A stretch of DNA of 64,000 nucleotides from Ignavibacteria bacterium (GCA_020635205.1 JACKAE010000001.1:22059-86058); one strand, 5' to 3'; shown: positions 46,502-57,018, counted from the stretch's first letter. A program made the numbers and translations. Notes: generated from the sequence alone by a model not told the origin.

Positions 46502-49500
46502 TTATGGAAGGTCGAGTTTGATTACGCCGCCGTTGTTTGCCAGAGTGTTCCCATCGCGGCCAATGAAGCGTATATCGTACTTGCTCGATCTCTTTACCTT
46601 CATCTGAAAGAAATGTGGATTCTTTGGAGTTCCGTTGGCGAAGGTGAATGGATAGTTCCACTTCGCAAATCCCCACCACTCCGGCGTCTGGCTAAATGCG
46701 CTTGCGTTTAGTCCGTAGCGGTAGAGAAGTTCGTCGGCAACTCTGTCTCGATCTTTCAACAGAACTGTTGCGGCGTCGTAGCGAATCTCCAACGTGTTGA
46801 TTTCGTTCTGCGCAATGTTCATGTTTGCGTTTGCGTTCATGCCGCCCCCTCCTCTCGATACGTTCCCCTTCGTTTGCACTGTCGCTTTAAACGTTGACTT
46901 ATTCAATACTCCCCCCGGCTTATTCGGTTCTGGATCAAAGCCTTTCCAGTAGACCGCGTTGATCTCTCCATTTGTGAGCTTCGTTGTTGCTCCGGTTCCG
47001 ATATACTTCAACCCTACAGCCCACTTCGGGAAAGGCTCAGCGGCGATAAATGTTCCGTTGGTCAACTGGCTTCCCGGTAGGTAAGCGTTCTTGCTCGGAT
47101 ATGTTCGCAGAGTGCGCGTATTCGGCTGCGCAAATTTTGCGTTGAAGGCTACATCAGTCATCAACATGTGGTTGAAGTAAGGGAACTCCAGATAGTCGAG
47201 ATAGTATGCCTTCAAGTTGGACCAGTAGGCGTCAGAACCTACGTTTGACTTATCAATAGCCTCTACCCGCACTAATGGTTGGATATACTCTGTCTTGCCA
47301 CCTTTTGTCCAAGCAATCTGCTTTAGGTCGTACCAGCCAAGAGGCTCTTCACCACTGTAGCGGGCGTAGATCGTATTCGAGTCACTTCCGTTTCCGGTTC
47401 CGATATATTTCTGGTTTGTATTCTTTAGATAGGCAACCATCTTATCCTTCAGTCGAGAATACTTGCTTGTCTTAAAGGCGATTTGGTAGACCATGAACTC
47501 GTTGTCGCCAAGCTGGATAGCTTTCAAGCGTTGTTGCTTCACGCTAATGGAGTTCCTGTCGCCGAGAGACTTCGACTTTGTATAGCTTTCCAGATTCTTA
47601 TCACCGCTGGTTGTGTATTTACTATCTCCCCCTTCCGATTTACCTGCGAACTTCATTCCACCACCACCAGACTTCCCTCCGGCAGCGATCTTCTTGTCGC
47701 CTCCCATCAAGCCTCCTTTCTTCACCATCTTGCGGACAATCTGAATGATATAGAGTTGCTCTTTCTTCAGGTCAGCGTACGGCATGATAAACTTTGCCTT
47801 CGGCTCAGCCGGATTTGCATCCCACGTCAGTGGTGTCTCCGCAACAACCTGACTACCAGCACCAATCTCTTGGAACCGCGCTACATACTTGTACTCGTAA
47901 TCCGGGTCCTTCGGCTTCAGGTTTGGAATGTTTGCCGGGAAGAGTTTGAATCGGACATAGCCCTCGGTTCCACCATCTGATGTGTAGTAGTAGCGTTGCC
48001 GCTGCCCCGGCTTCGTGATTACAATGTTCTGGTCAACGAAATTCTCCGGTGCTTTCCCAGTTGTGAAGTCCTGCGTGCGAGCCTCTACATGTTCCTGATT
48101 GCTAAACCTGTTCTTCGTGATCCGCACCCACTGATTGTCTACCAATCGGTCGCCGTAAATTTTAACAGTGATGCGGTGCTTGGTTGACTCATCCAACATC
48201 TGATCTGGCTCGAAGAGAGCGCTCATTGCATTGTTGTAGAGCGAGTAGGTTCCCTCCACCTTCTGTCCATTCTTCATGTTCTTCACCGAGAATTCACGAA
48301 TACCAAATCGGAAGTGTGAGGTAACAACTTCCTCTTCTTCGTTAACTCCTTGTACGGAGATCACTTTGTTCGTCCCAACTGGTAGGTTGAAGGCAACCTC
48401 GGGATAGGAGAAGACATCCACATCGTTTCCAGTCGGTTTGATGTCGGCGATAACTTTCAGGTCGCCGAACGGATCTCCCGGAGGAGCACACTCCGAACCA
48501 TAGTGGAACTTGAAGTTGCACTGCCCGGTAAGGAGTCCGTTGAGTACAGAATAGTATCCAGCTACCTGCCCTTTCAGCCACGTTGGGTTTGGCAAACCTG
48601 CCTTCAGTCCGGCGCAGACTCCCACTTCCAGAATTGGGATATCTGCTTTGATGAACCAAAGGTTGATGTCGATTCCAAGCTCTGCTTCAAGTCCAGCATA
48701 TACTTGTCCGCGGGCGTACCAGCCGTTCATACCGGCGATTCCACCTTCAGCGTCGGCGCACTCTAAGTTCTCCTTCATTACTGAGACATCGTAGCCGAAG
48801 GCGATAGCGATGCGGGCGTAGAAGATCAAGAACTTCAGTTTGCCAGTGTTAATCGAAAGTTGCTGCCCAAGTGCAAAGCCGCTTCCGTTGTCCACACTTG
48901 CATCTCGGGGATTTTCATCGTTGAAGTAGGGGAGCTTCTCTTGGAAGTTAATCGGACTTGTTGGCAACGGAGGGAGTGGTGGTAGACTATTCTTACCAAC
49001 CATGAAGTATGTGTTGATGTCGAGCAAGTCGAGTACCGTCAGTCCTATCGGATCGTCCGGTGTTCCCACCTTGATAAACCACTTATCCTTGCTGAAGTGC
49101 ATTGCGCACTGTCCGCCACCGACGAGGATATTCTTCTTTCCTGCCTTCAGGTTGAAGTTGATGTCGATCAACCCGTCGAACGTTTTCATCGCCGCCGAGT
49201 ATCTGAATCCAACCGATGCACTGACGACTGCCTTGCTCTCGGCGGGGCGTTGCTTCGGGTTTAGATCGCTAACGAAGTAGCCATTGCCGACAAGCGAAAT
49301 TTCGTTTAATCCTCCTCCTTGGAAGAAGGATGCTTCCAGTGTGATGTCGCCGTTAAATGCTTTTGGTGATGGCATTGTTCCCATCACGATCGTTGCCTTA
49401 AATCCGAATGCGATGTTCGGGTCGGGATCGTAGGTTGTTCCCGAAGAAGATGCCCCGGCCTTATCTTGGTCGAAGTCCTTCGCGTTTCCTGGGTCACCCT

Positions 49501-52500
49501 CCAGATTCGCTGCGCCAGGAATCGAATTCACAGGCTTCATGTGGTAGTATGCGCCGCCACCAAATCCGTAGATACCGAAGCCGGGGTAGACCATGATACC
49601 GGCGTTCATCACCGCCATCGCGTCTACGTACCAGTAGCGGTAGTTATCGTTTCCGTTTTTGTACTTCGTGCTGCCGAACTGAACAGTTGCGGAGACCTGC
49701 ACAAGTGGCTTGAACTTTACCTCGAGTGCGCCTCGGAATCCATCACCGAACTTCTCATCACCATTGTAGAGATTTACTTCACCCTTGATTTCACAGGTGG
49801 CGATACTGGCGTCGATAGAGATCGAGTTCAACTCCGGCTTATCGATTGTCCACGATTGTTTGCCGTTCTGCTCCACCATCTTTCCCCAGATCGTGAAATT
49901 CGTTCCGCCACTGATTGCGCTCTGGCCATTCCCATCCAGCCCGATGTGGAAGCCGAGTGCAATGCCAGCTTTCGTCCCGTCATCCTTGAACTTGATTTCG
50001 ATGCCGTCGTCAGGCTTGATGCTGACGGGGAAGCCTGCAAAACTCTTTTCTGGACTTGCGAACTTGAAAGAGGTTGCCGAGATGTAGGGCTTCTTGTTTC
50101 TGATCTTCAAGTCTTGAAACTCCACTTCCGGAATTTTCACGCTGACGTTCTTCATCTCCGGGAACTTCTTGTCGATAGTAAGGTCTCCGCTCAGCTTTGC
50201 CTCTACGGTCACATCACCACCACCGGCGGTGATATTCAATTGCGATCCTTCGTAGAGAGAGAGAGTTGCCCCCCACATATCCACAACGATGTCGCCAATG
50301 TTACTCACGCTGAATGCTGTCTGTACACCTTGATCCGAGTTGCTAAGCAGGCAAGAGTAGCCGATACCGTTCTCTGCTACGGGTAGTTTGATCTTCCCAG
50401 CGAACTCTCCCTTTGTCAGTGAGTTGTTGACGAAAGACATCTCGAACAAATCAATAGAGAAGCCCCAACCTCCGATGCTCCCTTGGTCGATTGAGAAGAC
50501 TGGTTCGGCCTTCACGTTTCCGGTAAATCCAAGTTTGTTGATGAGGGCATCGCTGAGGGATATGGTTGTGGCCGAGTTTCCCTTCTTCAAGTAGTTCGGA
50601 AGCGTGACGGTAATCTGTTTGAAGAAGAAGCCTTTCCAGTCATCCCCTTGCGCCCCTTGATAGTTGGCGGGGAAGGCCATGTTCTCTGCGTTTCGTGTGT
50701 CGGAGAAGTCGAGCACAACGTCGTCGAATGTGAACTTCACTCCTTGCATTCCCTTCACGCTGAAGGCGTCCATCGAAACCTCGCCGAGAAGATCACCCCA
50801 AGCCGATGCGTTGAAGGTGAAGCTGGCCTTTACTGGCCCTTCCCCATCAGCCTTCTCAATCATCTGGTTGTTGAAAGTGAAGAAGCCATCTACTTGCAAG
50901 CCCTTGAATCCTTCGCAGTCCCACTTCACAAATGTGCCGCTGTTCCCTTGCGCTTTCTTCAACGTTACCTGCACATTCTCTCCCCAGTCGAAGGTCTTGT
51001 CGTTCCCGAGCATGGTCAGTTTCTGGAGGCCATCTATTGACAGTCCTGTTGGGTGGAAGCAGACATTCTTCTGTGCGAAGGCGAGAATCTGGTTGTTCGC
51101 TTCAGGAATCGGGAAGTCCATCACCGCGTTGAGTCGAGCGCCATCTGGGGCAAACTCCACGGCCACAACGTCAATCAACTGAATCTTGCTATCTACAATA
51201 TCTTTGAAGGCAAAGGGGAGACCTTGCACGTCGAGGTTTGCGAAGTTGTCGATATACTTCTGGTGGCTCTTGATGAAGTTGGTGACATTCTGCACCTTCT
51301 GCTCGGTGATATTTCCGAGGTTGTCCTGAAAGTCTTGCAGTGCTTGATCCACCTGTGATCCCGGATCGTACGCACCAATTGCTTTCCCCATGTAGACCTT
51401 GTGCTGTGGGTTCAGCTTCAGTCCATTGAACGTCGCCTTCAACTGTACTTTAAAGATCGGAGCATCGATTGTCCCCTCACCTGTCAAGTTCCCTGCACTC
51501 GGGTCGGAGAGACTTGTAAGCGTCATCGTGAAGTAGCCGATCTGTACCTCGTCTCCCACTTTGTAGCTGTAATTGCTCGGTGTGTTGGATGGAGCGGGGG
51601 GAGCACAGTTGAGTGATTGGCAGTCGGAGACGTAGTTCTGATCTAAGTCAATGTTCCCTTGGTCGTCATCCTCATCTTCTTCATCCTCCACGAGATCGTT
51701 ACCGCCACCATAGGTAAAGGAGCAGACAACGCTCTCACCATCATTCTTAAATGATAGAGGCTTGCTTCCCTTCTTTGCGCGAGCGGTAATCCGAACGGCA
51801 TACTTCATTTCCTCCTCAAGTTGCGGATCGGTTGGTCCGTAGAGGTAGCTTGTGCCGATCACAACTTTTTCGAAAAAGGGAGGTTCTGGAGCCGAGGCCA
51901 TTGCCTGGGCGGGGGGCGTATTTGCCGGAAGAATTTCAACAATGGTTAAAACGTACTCTAAGTCTGCCGGGGGTGCTCCCGGAGGAATCGTCCAAGAGAA
52001 GAGAACGTTCTGTGGATTGCTCAGGTTTACGATGCCGTTGCACGATGGTGTCAGAAGTTCCGGTGGATTCAGGTGGGTAATCTGAAAGTTTGCGCAGCCG
52101 GAAGGAGCCGGATTTGAAAGTGCTACCCCACTCTGAAAGTCGAGTGCCTGAAGGCAGAAACTGTAGTTTCCTTCCGGTAAGCCGTTTCCCTGCACAACCT
52201 CAGCTTTCGAGATACCGGAGAACTGCACATTGTCCGGGTCCAGATAATCACTCAGGTCACTCCCCTTCAACACCTTTACTCCGTTTGCCGGAACATTGAT
52301 AGGTGAATTCGGCACAAAGCTCTTGGGGATCGTAATTGTGACGCCGGTGTTCCCTTTAATCGAACCAGTTAGCCGGACATTCTCTGCTTTTCCCGACGTG
52401 TTCGTTAGCGTAATCACCACCTTGTTGTCGAATCCGACGTAGTCGGAAAGGTATGGCGAGTAGGGGGGGAAGACCTGAGTCGTCACCTGAATTGTTTGTG

Positions 52501-52654
52501 CGCTAATAGTTGTAGTAGCCAGTGTGAGGAAGAGGGCAAAGAGTACCCCCCACCTTAATCCTCCCCCGAATATGTGGGGGGGGGTAACGTGCCGCTTCCA
52601 CGAGATCATCGTCGTGTGCGGGCGTACGTTCCCTCTCTTAAAATCTGTACGCAT
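46502..52654 (-). CDS. Giant (2050 aa) secreted Lys/Gly/Asn-rich protein of unknown function.
   Basis: Uninterrupted 6.15-kb ORF. Signal-like 'WGVLFALFLTLATTTISAQ' after a short N-extension. Internal Gly/Lys-rich linker 'KKGGLMGGDKKIAAGGKSGGGGMKFAGKSEGG'. Overlaps the upstream OMP gene by 17 nt. Confidence 0.65.
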   Translation of the reverse strand: MRTDFKRGNVRPHTTMISWKRHVTPPHIFGGGLRWGVLFALFLTLATTTISAQTIQVTTQVFPPYSPYLSDYVGFDNKVVITLTNTSGKAENVRLTGSIKGNTGVTITIPKSFVPNSPINVPANGVKVLKGSDLSDYLDPDNVQFSGISKAEVVQGNGLPEGNYSFCLQALDFQSGVALSNPAPSGCANFQITHLNPPELLTPSCNGIVNLSNPQNVLFSWTIPPGAPPADLEYVLTIVEILPANTPPAQAMASAPEPPFFEKVVIGTSYLYGPTDPQLEEEMKYAVRITARAKKGSKPLSFKNDGESVVCSFTYGGGNDLVEDEEDEDDDQGNIDLDQNYVSDCQSLNCAPPAPSNTPSNYSYKVGDEVQIGYFTMTLTSLSDPSAGNLTGEGTIDAPIFKVQLKATFNGLKLNPQHKVYMGKAIGAYDPGSQVDQALQDFQDNLGNITEQKVQNVTNFIKSHQKYIDNFANLDVQGLPFAFKDIVDSKIQLIDVVAVEFAPDGARLNAVMDFPIPEANNQILAFAQKNVCFHPTGLSIDGLQKLTMLGNDKTFDWGENVQVTLKKAQGNSGTFVKWDCEGFKGLQVDGFFTFNNQMIEKADGEGPVKASFTFNASAWGDLLGEVSMDAFSVKGMQGVKFTFDDVVLDFSDTRNAENMAFPANYQGAQGDDWKGFFFKQITVTLPNYLKKGNSATTISLSDALINKLGFTGNVKAEPVFSIDQGSIGGWGFSIDLFEMSFVNNSLTKGEFAGKIKLPVAENGIGYSCLLSNSDQGVQTAFSVSNIGDIVVDMWGATLSLYEGSQLNITAGGGDVTVEAKLSGDLTIDKKFPEMKNVSVKIPEVEFQDLKIRNKKPYISATSFKFASPEKSFAGFPVSIKPDDGIEIKFKDDGTKAGIALGFHIGLDGNGQSAISGGTNFTIWGKMVEQNGKQSWTIDKPELNSISIDASIATCEIKGEVNLYNGDEKFGDGFRGALEVKFKPLVQVSATVQFGSTKYKNGNDNYRYWYVDAMAVMNAGIMVYPGFGIYGFGGGAYYHMKPVNSIPGAANLEGDPGNAKDFDQDKAGASSSGTTYDPDPNIAFGFKATIVMGTMPSPKAFNGDITLEASFFQGGGLNEISLVGNGYFVSDLNPKQRPAESKAVVSASVGFRYSAAMKTFDGLIDINFNLKAGKKNILVGGGQCAMHFSKDKWFIKVGTPDDPIGLTVLDLLDINTYFMVGKNSLPPLPPLPTSPINFQEKLPYFNDENPRDASVDNGSGFALGQQLSINTGKLKFLIFYARIAIAFGYDVSVMKENLECADAEGGIAGMNGWYARGQVYAGLEAELGIDINLWFIKADIPILEVGVCAGLKAGLPNPTWLKGQVAGYYSVLNGLLTGQCNFKFHYGSECAPPGDPFGDLKVIADIKPTGNDVDVFSYPEVAFNLPVGTNKVISVQGVNEEEEVVTSHFRFGIREFSVKNMKNGQKVEGTYSLYNNAMSALFEPDQMLDESTKHRITVKIYGDRLVDNQWVRITKNRFSNQEHVEARTQDFTTGKAPENFVDQNIVITKPGQRQRYYYTSDGGTEGYVRFKLFPANIPNLKPKDPDYEYKYVARFQEIGAGSQVVAETPLTWDANPAEPKAKFIMPYADLKKEQLYIIQIVRKMVKKGGLMGGDKKIAAGGKSGGGGMKFAGKSEGGDSKYTTSGDKNLESYTKSKSLGDRNSISVKQQRLKAIQLGDNEFMVYQIAFKTSKYSRLKDKMVAYLKNTNQKYIGTGNGSDSNTIYARYSGEEPLGWYDLKQIAWTKGGKTEYIQPLVRVEAIDKSNVGSDAYWSNLKAYYLDYLEFPYFNHMLMTDVAFNAKFAQPNTRTLRTYPSKNAYLPGSQLTNGTFIAAEPFPKWAVGLKYIGTGATTKLTNGEINAVYWKGFDPEPNKPGGVLNKSTFKATVQTKGNVSRGGGGMNANANMNIAQNEINTLEIRYDAATVLLKDRDRVADELLYRYGLNASAFSQTPEWWGFAKWNYPFTFANGTPKNPHFFQMKVKRSSKYDIRFIGRDGNTLANNGGVIKLDLP

Positions 52655-54308
52655 AGCCTGCTATCCCTGTATATTCTGTGAACGTTGAATTCTTTATTTC
52701 ATCGGATCCGTTTGCCGAGACTGTCGAGAAGTTCAGGTTGAAGCTGTGGTGATCTCCCGTCCGATATATTCCGCCAAGACCCAGCGCAACCGTTCGCGAA
52801 TTTTCTCCGAGCGTGGCAGAGATACTGCCGTTCAAGCCGAGCTTCTCCTTAAACAATCCTTTCGAACCACCGAGCGAAACCGATGTCGTGATCTGCTCTC
52901 CAGCCAAGTTCTCCATGCGCGTTCCGGTTAGCGATCCAGTTACTGAGAAGCTCGATTTCAGTCCGGTCAGCGTGTAGCTGAGCGAGGCAATCGTTGTGTT
53001 GTACTCAGAGTAGCTCGCAGTGAAGGTGTTGTTGTCGAGCAGTCGCTGGTGCGTAGCTGTCAGGAAGAATGCGTGGCTGAAAGTTGTGTCAGTAATCATG
53101 TAGCGGGGGGCAACCATCACCATTGGGGTCTGTTGGTGGAGTCGTGTAGTATCATTTACTGGAAGCGTTCCCTCCGATTGCGAGATCATCTGTGTGCTCC
53201 CAGTGAGCAGAATTCCGAACGATGCGCTCGGACTCCAATTCATTGTCAGCGATGGGGAGAGATTCTCTGTGGTAGCGAGCTTCTTTCCCTGAAGGTTGTC
53301 GTGCCCCCAAGTGAAGCTGCCGTTAAAGGTCAGCTTCCGGTTCGCTACTGCCAAGGATGGTGCGATAGAAACACTCTCCACATCTCCCGAGGTGTAGTAA
53401 GCCCCCATCGATTGATAGTCTGGATCGATCCGCGTGTAGTTTGCATTCATCGAGAAGACGTTGCCGTAATAGTTGGCGTCGGCTCGCAGAGCAGTGTAGA
53501 TCTGTGTGGAAGCGCGGGGTGTAATCACATCGCCGAACGCCTCGGCCTCATCGCTGAGGGCAATCGAATCGCTTCGGACGTCTCGCGTGTAGCTGCTAAC
53601 TGCGCCGTCGATCTTGAACGTAAGGTTGTTGGCTGGCTTTAATCCGAACGTTGCCCCAACCACTAAGTTCTCTCCGGGGCGCACATTTGCGTTTTCGGCA
53701 ATTGTGTTTCGGAGCGAGGTTGTGTCGTCGGCAGCTTTCAGAAAGCTGAGGTCAACTGAGAATCCATTGTTCCCATACCCAAGTCGTCCGGCATATCCGG
53801 TACGCCTGTAGACTGGCTCCACGATGTTCAATGTATCGGCAGTATCTACTTGCACACCCTGCTGCAACTCTCCGGCAATGAACGATGCGCGGAAATCTCC
53901 CGGCATCAGTTCAACTCCGGCTCCCAACATTTGATGTCCCGAAAGTGTGTAAGGGGAGAACGAGAGGTTCCGATAGCCGAGGTGTGCGGTTGCCCACTTG
54001 TATTGTGGACTTGCGCCAAACTGATTGAAGGGTTGGCTGAAGGAACGATCCTGCGTGCTCCAAGAGAAAGAGAAGGGGAGCTGTAAGCCGTAGAGATCGA
54101 GCGTTACGTTTCCTGCAACTAACGCAGAGAAGGGATCTCGTCGATTCTCAATTCCAGAAACTCCGTAGCCTACCAGTCGTGAGGAGATTGCCCCACTCAA
54201 CTTTACTGGTGACTCCTTTCCGACCCGCTCCAAATCTTGGGCATTCAAATGAAGTCCAAGTGTTAGGATCAGGAATGTTGTGGCGATGATGTATCGTGCA
54301 ATGTTCAT
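52638..54308 (-). CDS. Outer-membrane beta-barrel protein, ~555 aa. First gene of the operon.
   Basis: Signal 'MNIARYIIATTFLILTLGLHLNAQ'. Alternating amphipathic beta-strand pattern throughout. C-terminal 'GIAGYAYRF' aromatic OMP signature. Confidence 0.6.
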   Translation of the reverse strand: MNIARYIIATTFLILTLGLHLNAQDLERVGKESPVKLSGAISSRLVGYGVSGIENRRDPFSALVAGNVTLDLYGLQLPFSFSWSTQDRSFSQPFNQFGASPQYKWATAHLGYRNLSFSPYTLSGHQMLGAGVELMPGDFRASFIAGELQQGVQVDTADTLNIVEPVYRRTGYAGRLGYGNNGFSVDLSFLKAADDTTSLRNTIAENANVRPGENLVVGATFGLKPANNLTFKIDGAVSSYTRDVRSDSIALSDEAEAFGDVITPRASTQIYTALRADANYYGNVFSMNANYTRIDPDYQSMGAYYTSGDVESVSIAPSLAVANRKLTFNGSFTWGHDNLQGKKLATTENLSPSLTMNWSPSASFGILLTGSTQMISQSEGTLPVNDTTRLHQQTPMVMVAPRYMITDTTFSHAFFLTATHQRLLDNNTFTASYSEYNTTIASLSYTLTGLKSSFSVTGSLTGTRMENLAGEQITTSVSLGGSKGLFKEKLGLNGSISATLGENSRTVALGLGGIYRTGDHHSFNLNFSTVSANGSDEIKNSTFTEYTGIAGYAYRF

Positions 54309-54406
54309 TGGTTCGCGTTTCTTCTGCCCTCGGCGTCGAGAGCGGTTTTTCACTCGCGAATCAATTTAAAGGTGGGTGGAAACGGTAATCTCTGTTCCTG
54401 ACCACA

Positions 54407-55342
54407 TCAACGAAGAAAGATCAAGCGTTGAGATTTTTTCCGGCCACGGTTTGTGGAGAAGGTGGCCACGGTTTGGAAAAACGGCTGAAATTGGGGGAAA
54501 ACGGGAGGATTATTCGATGGTGGGGGTGTGGTGGGGCATGGTGTGCGGTAGGGACATGGCACGCCATGCCATCCATTATTATCTTCTTCCATCCCATTCT
54601 CCCGATCCAATTCCCAACGCATCGGATTTGCTTGGATATATTTGCGGATACGTTGCAGATCGTCCGTATCTCTGATAATATGATCGTAAAAGCGTGATTG
54701 CCAGATTGACCCTATCTCTGGGAAACAAATTTTAGCCTGACGTGACACTGCGGACTTGAATGCGCCGATAATTGACGAGAGGGAGCGAGCAACTGGCTTG
54801 CCGAAGTAGCGGACGTAGAGTGGGTCTATGATAATCGGGTTGATTGCCATACCTGATGGCAGAACTGTTTGGGGCTTGGAATCTCTCCAATTCACGAGAA
54901 AAGATTTGAGTCCTGTGGTCTCGTTCGCGGTCTCTTCTGGAGTAAGAGGGTTATGTAGGTGGTTCGTGTTGTTATTAGGGGAGAGATTATTCGGCGGACT
55001 GCTTCTTCCGTTCGGTGCTAACAGAATTCACACAATCAGGTGTATATGATTGGGCATAATCACATACTCATCTAACACTACTTCTGAACGTTTGTTCTCT
55101 GTTTCTTTCCACGCGTGGTTGGCAATCCTACCAACTTCGCTCAGGTGCATTTCTCCGGCATGAATTTCTCCAAACAATTCCCGGCGATTGAACGTGCAAA
55201 TGGTGACATAATATGGATTGGGCAAAGCATAGTTGTAGCCTCGCAGACGATAGGAGCGGCGATGGTATGATGGCATAGAAGGTGATGAACAAATTATTGG
55301 GATAATGAGGAAGATGGAATATACGGCGTAGGGACATGGCAC
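54407..55342 (-). mobile_element. REP-associated tyrosine transposase (RAYT/IS200-like Y1 transposase), interrupted by an in-frame stop codon. Likely a pseudogene.
   Basis: N-part 55028..55342 carries the HUH motif 'VIMPNHIHLIV'. C-part 54407..54895, in the same frame, carries 'SLSSIIGAFKSAVSRQ...IWQSRFYDHIIRDTDDLQRIRKYIQANP' with the catalytic Tyr. The two are separated by TGA at 55028-55030 and ~80 extra codons. Confidence 0.65.
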
Positions 55343-55358
55343 GCCATGTCCCTACGCC
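55325..55358. repeat. REP-like perfect palindrome 'GGCGTAGGGACATGGC-AC-GCCATGTCCCTACGCC' next to the RAYT gene.
   Basis: 16-bp perfect inverted repeat. A related half-palindrome 'GTAGGGACATGGCACGCCATGCC' recurs at ~54527-54549 inside the RAYT 3' region. Confidence 0.7.
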
Positions 55359-55761
55359 GTAACAATACTGTCTTTTCAGAATGGCGACGATACGTTCGCG
55401 TTGGTTGCGAAAGGGTCGTCAATTGTCTGAATGTTTTCAGATGCCCTAACATAACCTGCCACAAACCTACTCGTACAGTTAGTAAAGTCCTCCTAACGTG
55501 AGCGTGAGAATCGTTCGAGAGAAGATTGTTTGATCGAGGAGTGTCTTGTTCGGGATCACATCCTTTATCAGTCGAGAAACTGAGGCTTCGAATGTTCCGA
55601 ATTTCAACACACAATTTCTCTCCTCTTCACATGCCCGATCTGTTGTATCTTCCCCTTGTGCCGATGGTTTATGAGGATGCCCGATTCAGGTGGTGAGTTC
55701 ACTTTCTCGGGAAAACATCGTGTTATCACTTACTTAGTATTAGAATAACGAGTAAACGTCT

Positions 55762-56685
55762 ATGCTTCGATTTAAAGCTGACTACAGAACGATCGCCTAC
55801 ATGGTCGCTACCACCGGATTGCTGATAGCCCAGTGGGTTATTGGTTACGTCCACCCGGTTCTCTTCCCTCTCTCCCTGTTTATGGCTGTTGCCGTTGCAG
55901 TGATTGCCCACAACCACAATCACCTCCCGACGTGGAAAAACCGGACGCTGAATACTTTGACAGATTACTGGTTGACTCTCTTCTATGGATTCCCTGCCTT
56001 TGCTTGGAAGCCAACACACAACCTGAACCATCACGTTCTCAATAACCGTGAGGGAGACTATACGATCACGTGGCGAGTTACTGAGGGGAATCACTTCTTC
56101 TCGTTAATGAGCTATCCTTCAATCAGCAGTTTCTTTCAGCAGACTCCGATTAAAGGATACTTGAAGCACCTGCGCGTGAAGGATAAGCGGAGTTTCTGGC
56201 TGGCAATTGGCCAGTATGCTGCGCTCGCAATTTTTGTTGGCGTTGCGTTGATTGTTGACTGGAAGAAAGCACTCTTCTTTATCATCATTCCGCAGCAGTT
56301 TGCTCTCTTTAGCATTCTTCTCTTCAACTATGTGCAGCACGTTCACGCGAACGAGGAATCGGAGTGGAACCACTCTCGCAACTTTGTTGGGCCGATGTTG
56401 AACCTATTCCTTTTCAACAACGGGTTCCACACAATTCACCACGAACGTGCCGGCATCCACTGGAGCTTGACGCCGAAAGAGCACGCAAAGATCGAACACC
56501 ATATCGACGACTCACTGAAGGAACGGAGCTTCTGGTGGTATATGATTCGGACATATATCCTTAGTCCGGTTGTTCCCTCATTCCGCACGAAGTCGATGCG
56601 GCTGGAGCGGATACGGCAAGAAGAAGAGGCACGGCGAAGAGAGGGAACGAGTCAAGTTGTTAAGGAAGAACAGGTATTGGCGTAA
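55762..56685 (+). CDS. Membrane fatty-acid desaturase family protein (possibly carotenoid ketolase-like).
   Basis: Three His-boxes ('HNHNH', 'HNLNHH', 'FHTIHHERAGIHWS') in a multi-TM protein. Confidence 0.65.
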   Translation: MLRFKADYRTIAYMVATTGLLIAQWVIGYVHPVLFPLSLFMAVAVAVIAHNHNHLPTWKNRTLNTLTDYWLTLFYGFPAFAWKPTHNLNHHVLNNREGDYTITWRVTEGNHFFSLMSYPSISSFFQQTPIKGYLKHLRVKDKRSFWLAIGQYAALAIFVGVALIVDWKKALFFIIIPQQFALFSILLFNYVQHVHANEESEWNHSRNFVGPMLNLFLFNNGFHTIHHERAGIHWSLTPKEHAKIEHHIDDSLKERSFWWYMIRTYILSPVVPSFRTKSMRLERIRQEEEARRREGTSQVVKEEQVLA

Positions 56686-56871
56686 GAGAGTTTTGGAATT
56701 CAAAATTCAAAAGTAAAAATTCAAAATGATTTCGGGATTCGGATTGGGGATTTCGGACTGAGATACATCAGAAAGGTGTCGTACTTGACAACCGGCTCAA
56801 ATTTGATTTTGGAATTCGGATTGCGAATTTCGGATTGAGTGCTTGACACCAGGTTGAAGTCAACATATCTT

Positions 56872-57018
56872 CCCCAATCCCCAATCCCCAATCCCCAATC
56901 CCCAATCCCCAATCCCCAATCCCCAATCCCCAATCCCCAATCCCCAATCCCCAATCCCCAATCCCCAATCCCCAATCCCCAATCCCCAATCCCCAATCCC
57001 CAATCCCCAATCCCCAAT
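56872..57018. repeat. Heptanucleotide simple-sequence repeat (CCCCAAT), about 21 copies, in the 5' region of the PDO-rhodanese gene.
   Basis: Perfect tandem 7-mers from ~56872 to ~57018. They sit downstream of a TTGACA-like hexamer at ~56844 and 127 nt upstream of the ATG at 57145. Confidence 0.9.

Noticed and set aside
49466-50386. 306-aa plus-strand ORF, and others (47483..47980, 50664..51182, 53049..53642), inside the giant and OMP genes.
   Set aside because: Shadow ORFs on the opposite strand of long, well-supported coding regions. They have no signal peptides or motifs.
52638-54353. Assigning the 571-aa OMP as PorP/SprF or TonB-dependent receptor, and the giant protein as SprA/SprB.
   Set aside because: There is no plug domain or TonB box. 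The size is wrong for PorP/SprF (~330 aa). The giant protein lacks type-B CTD features that I can recognise. Left as uncharacterised rather than forcing a name.
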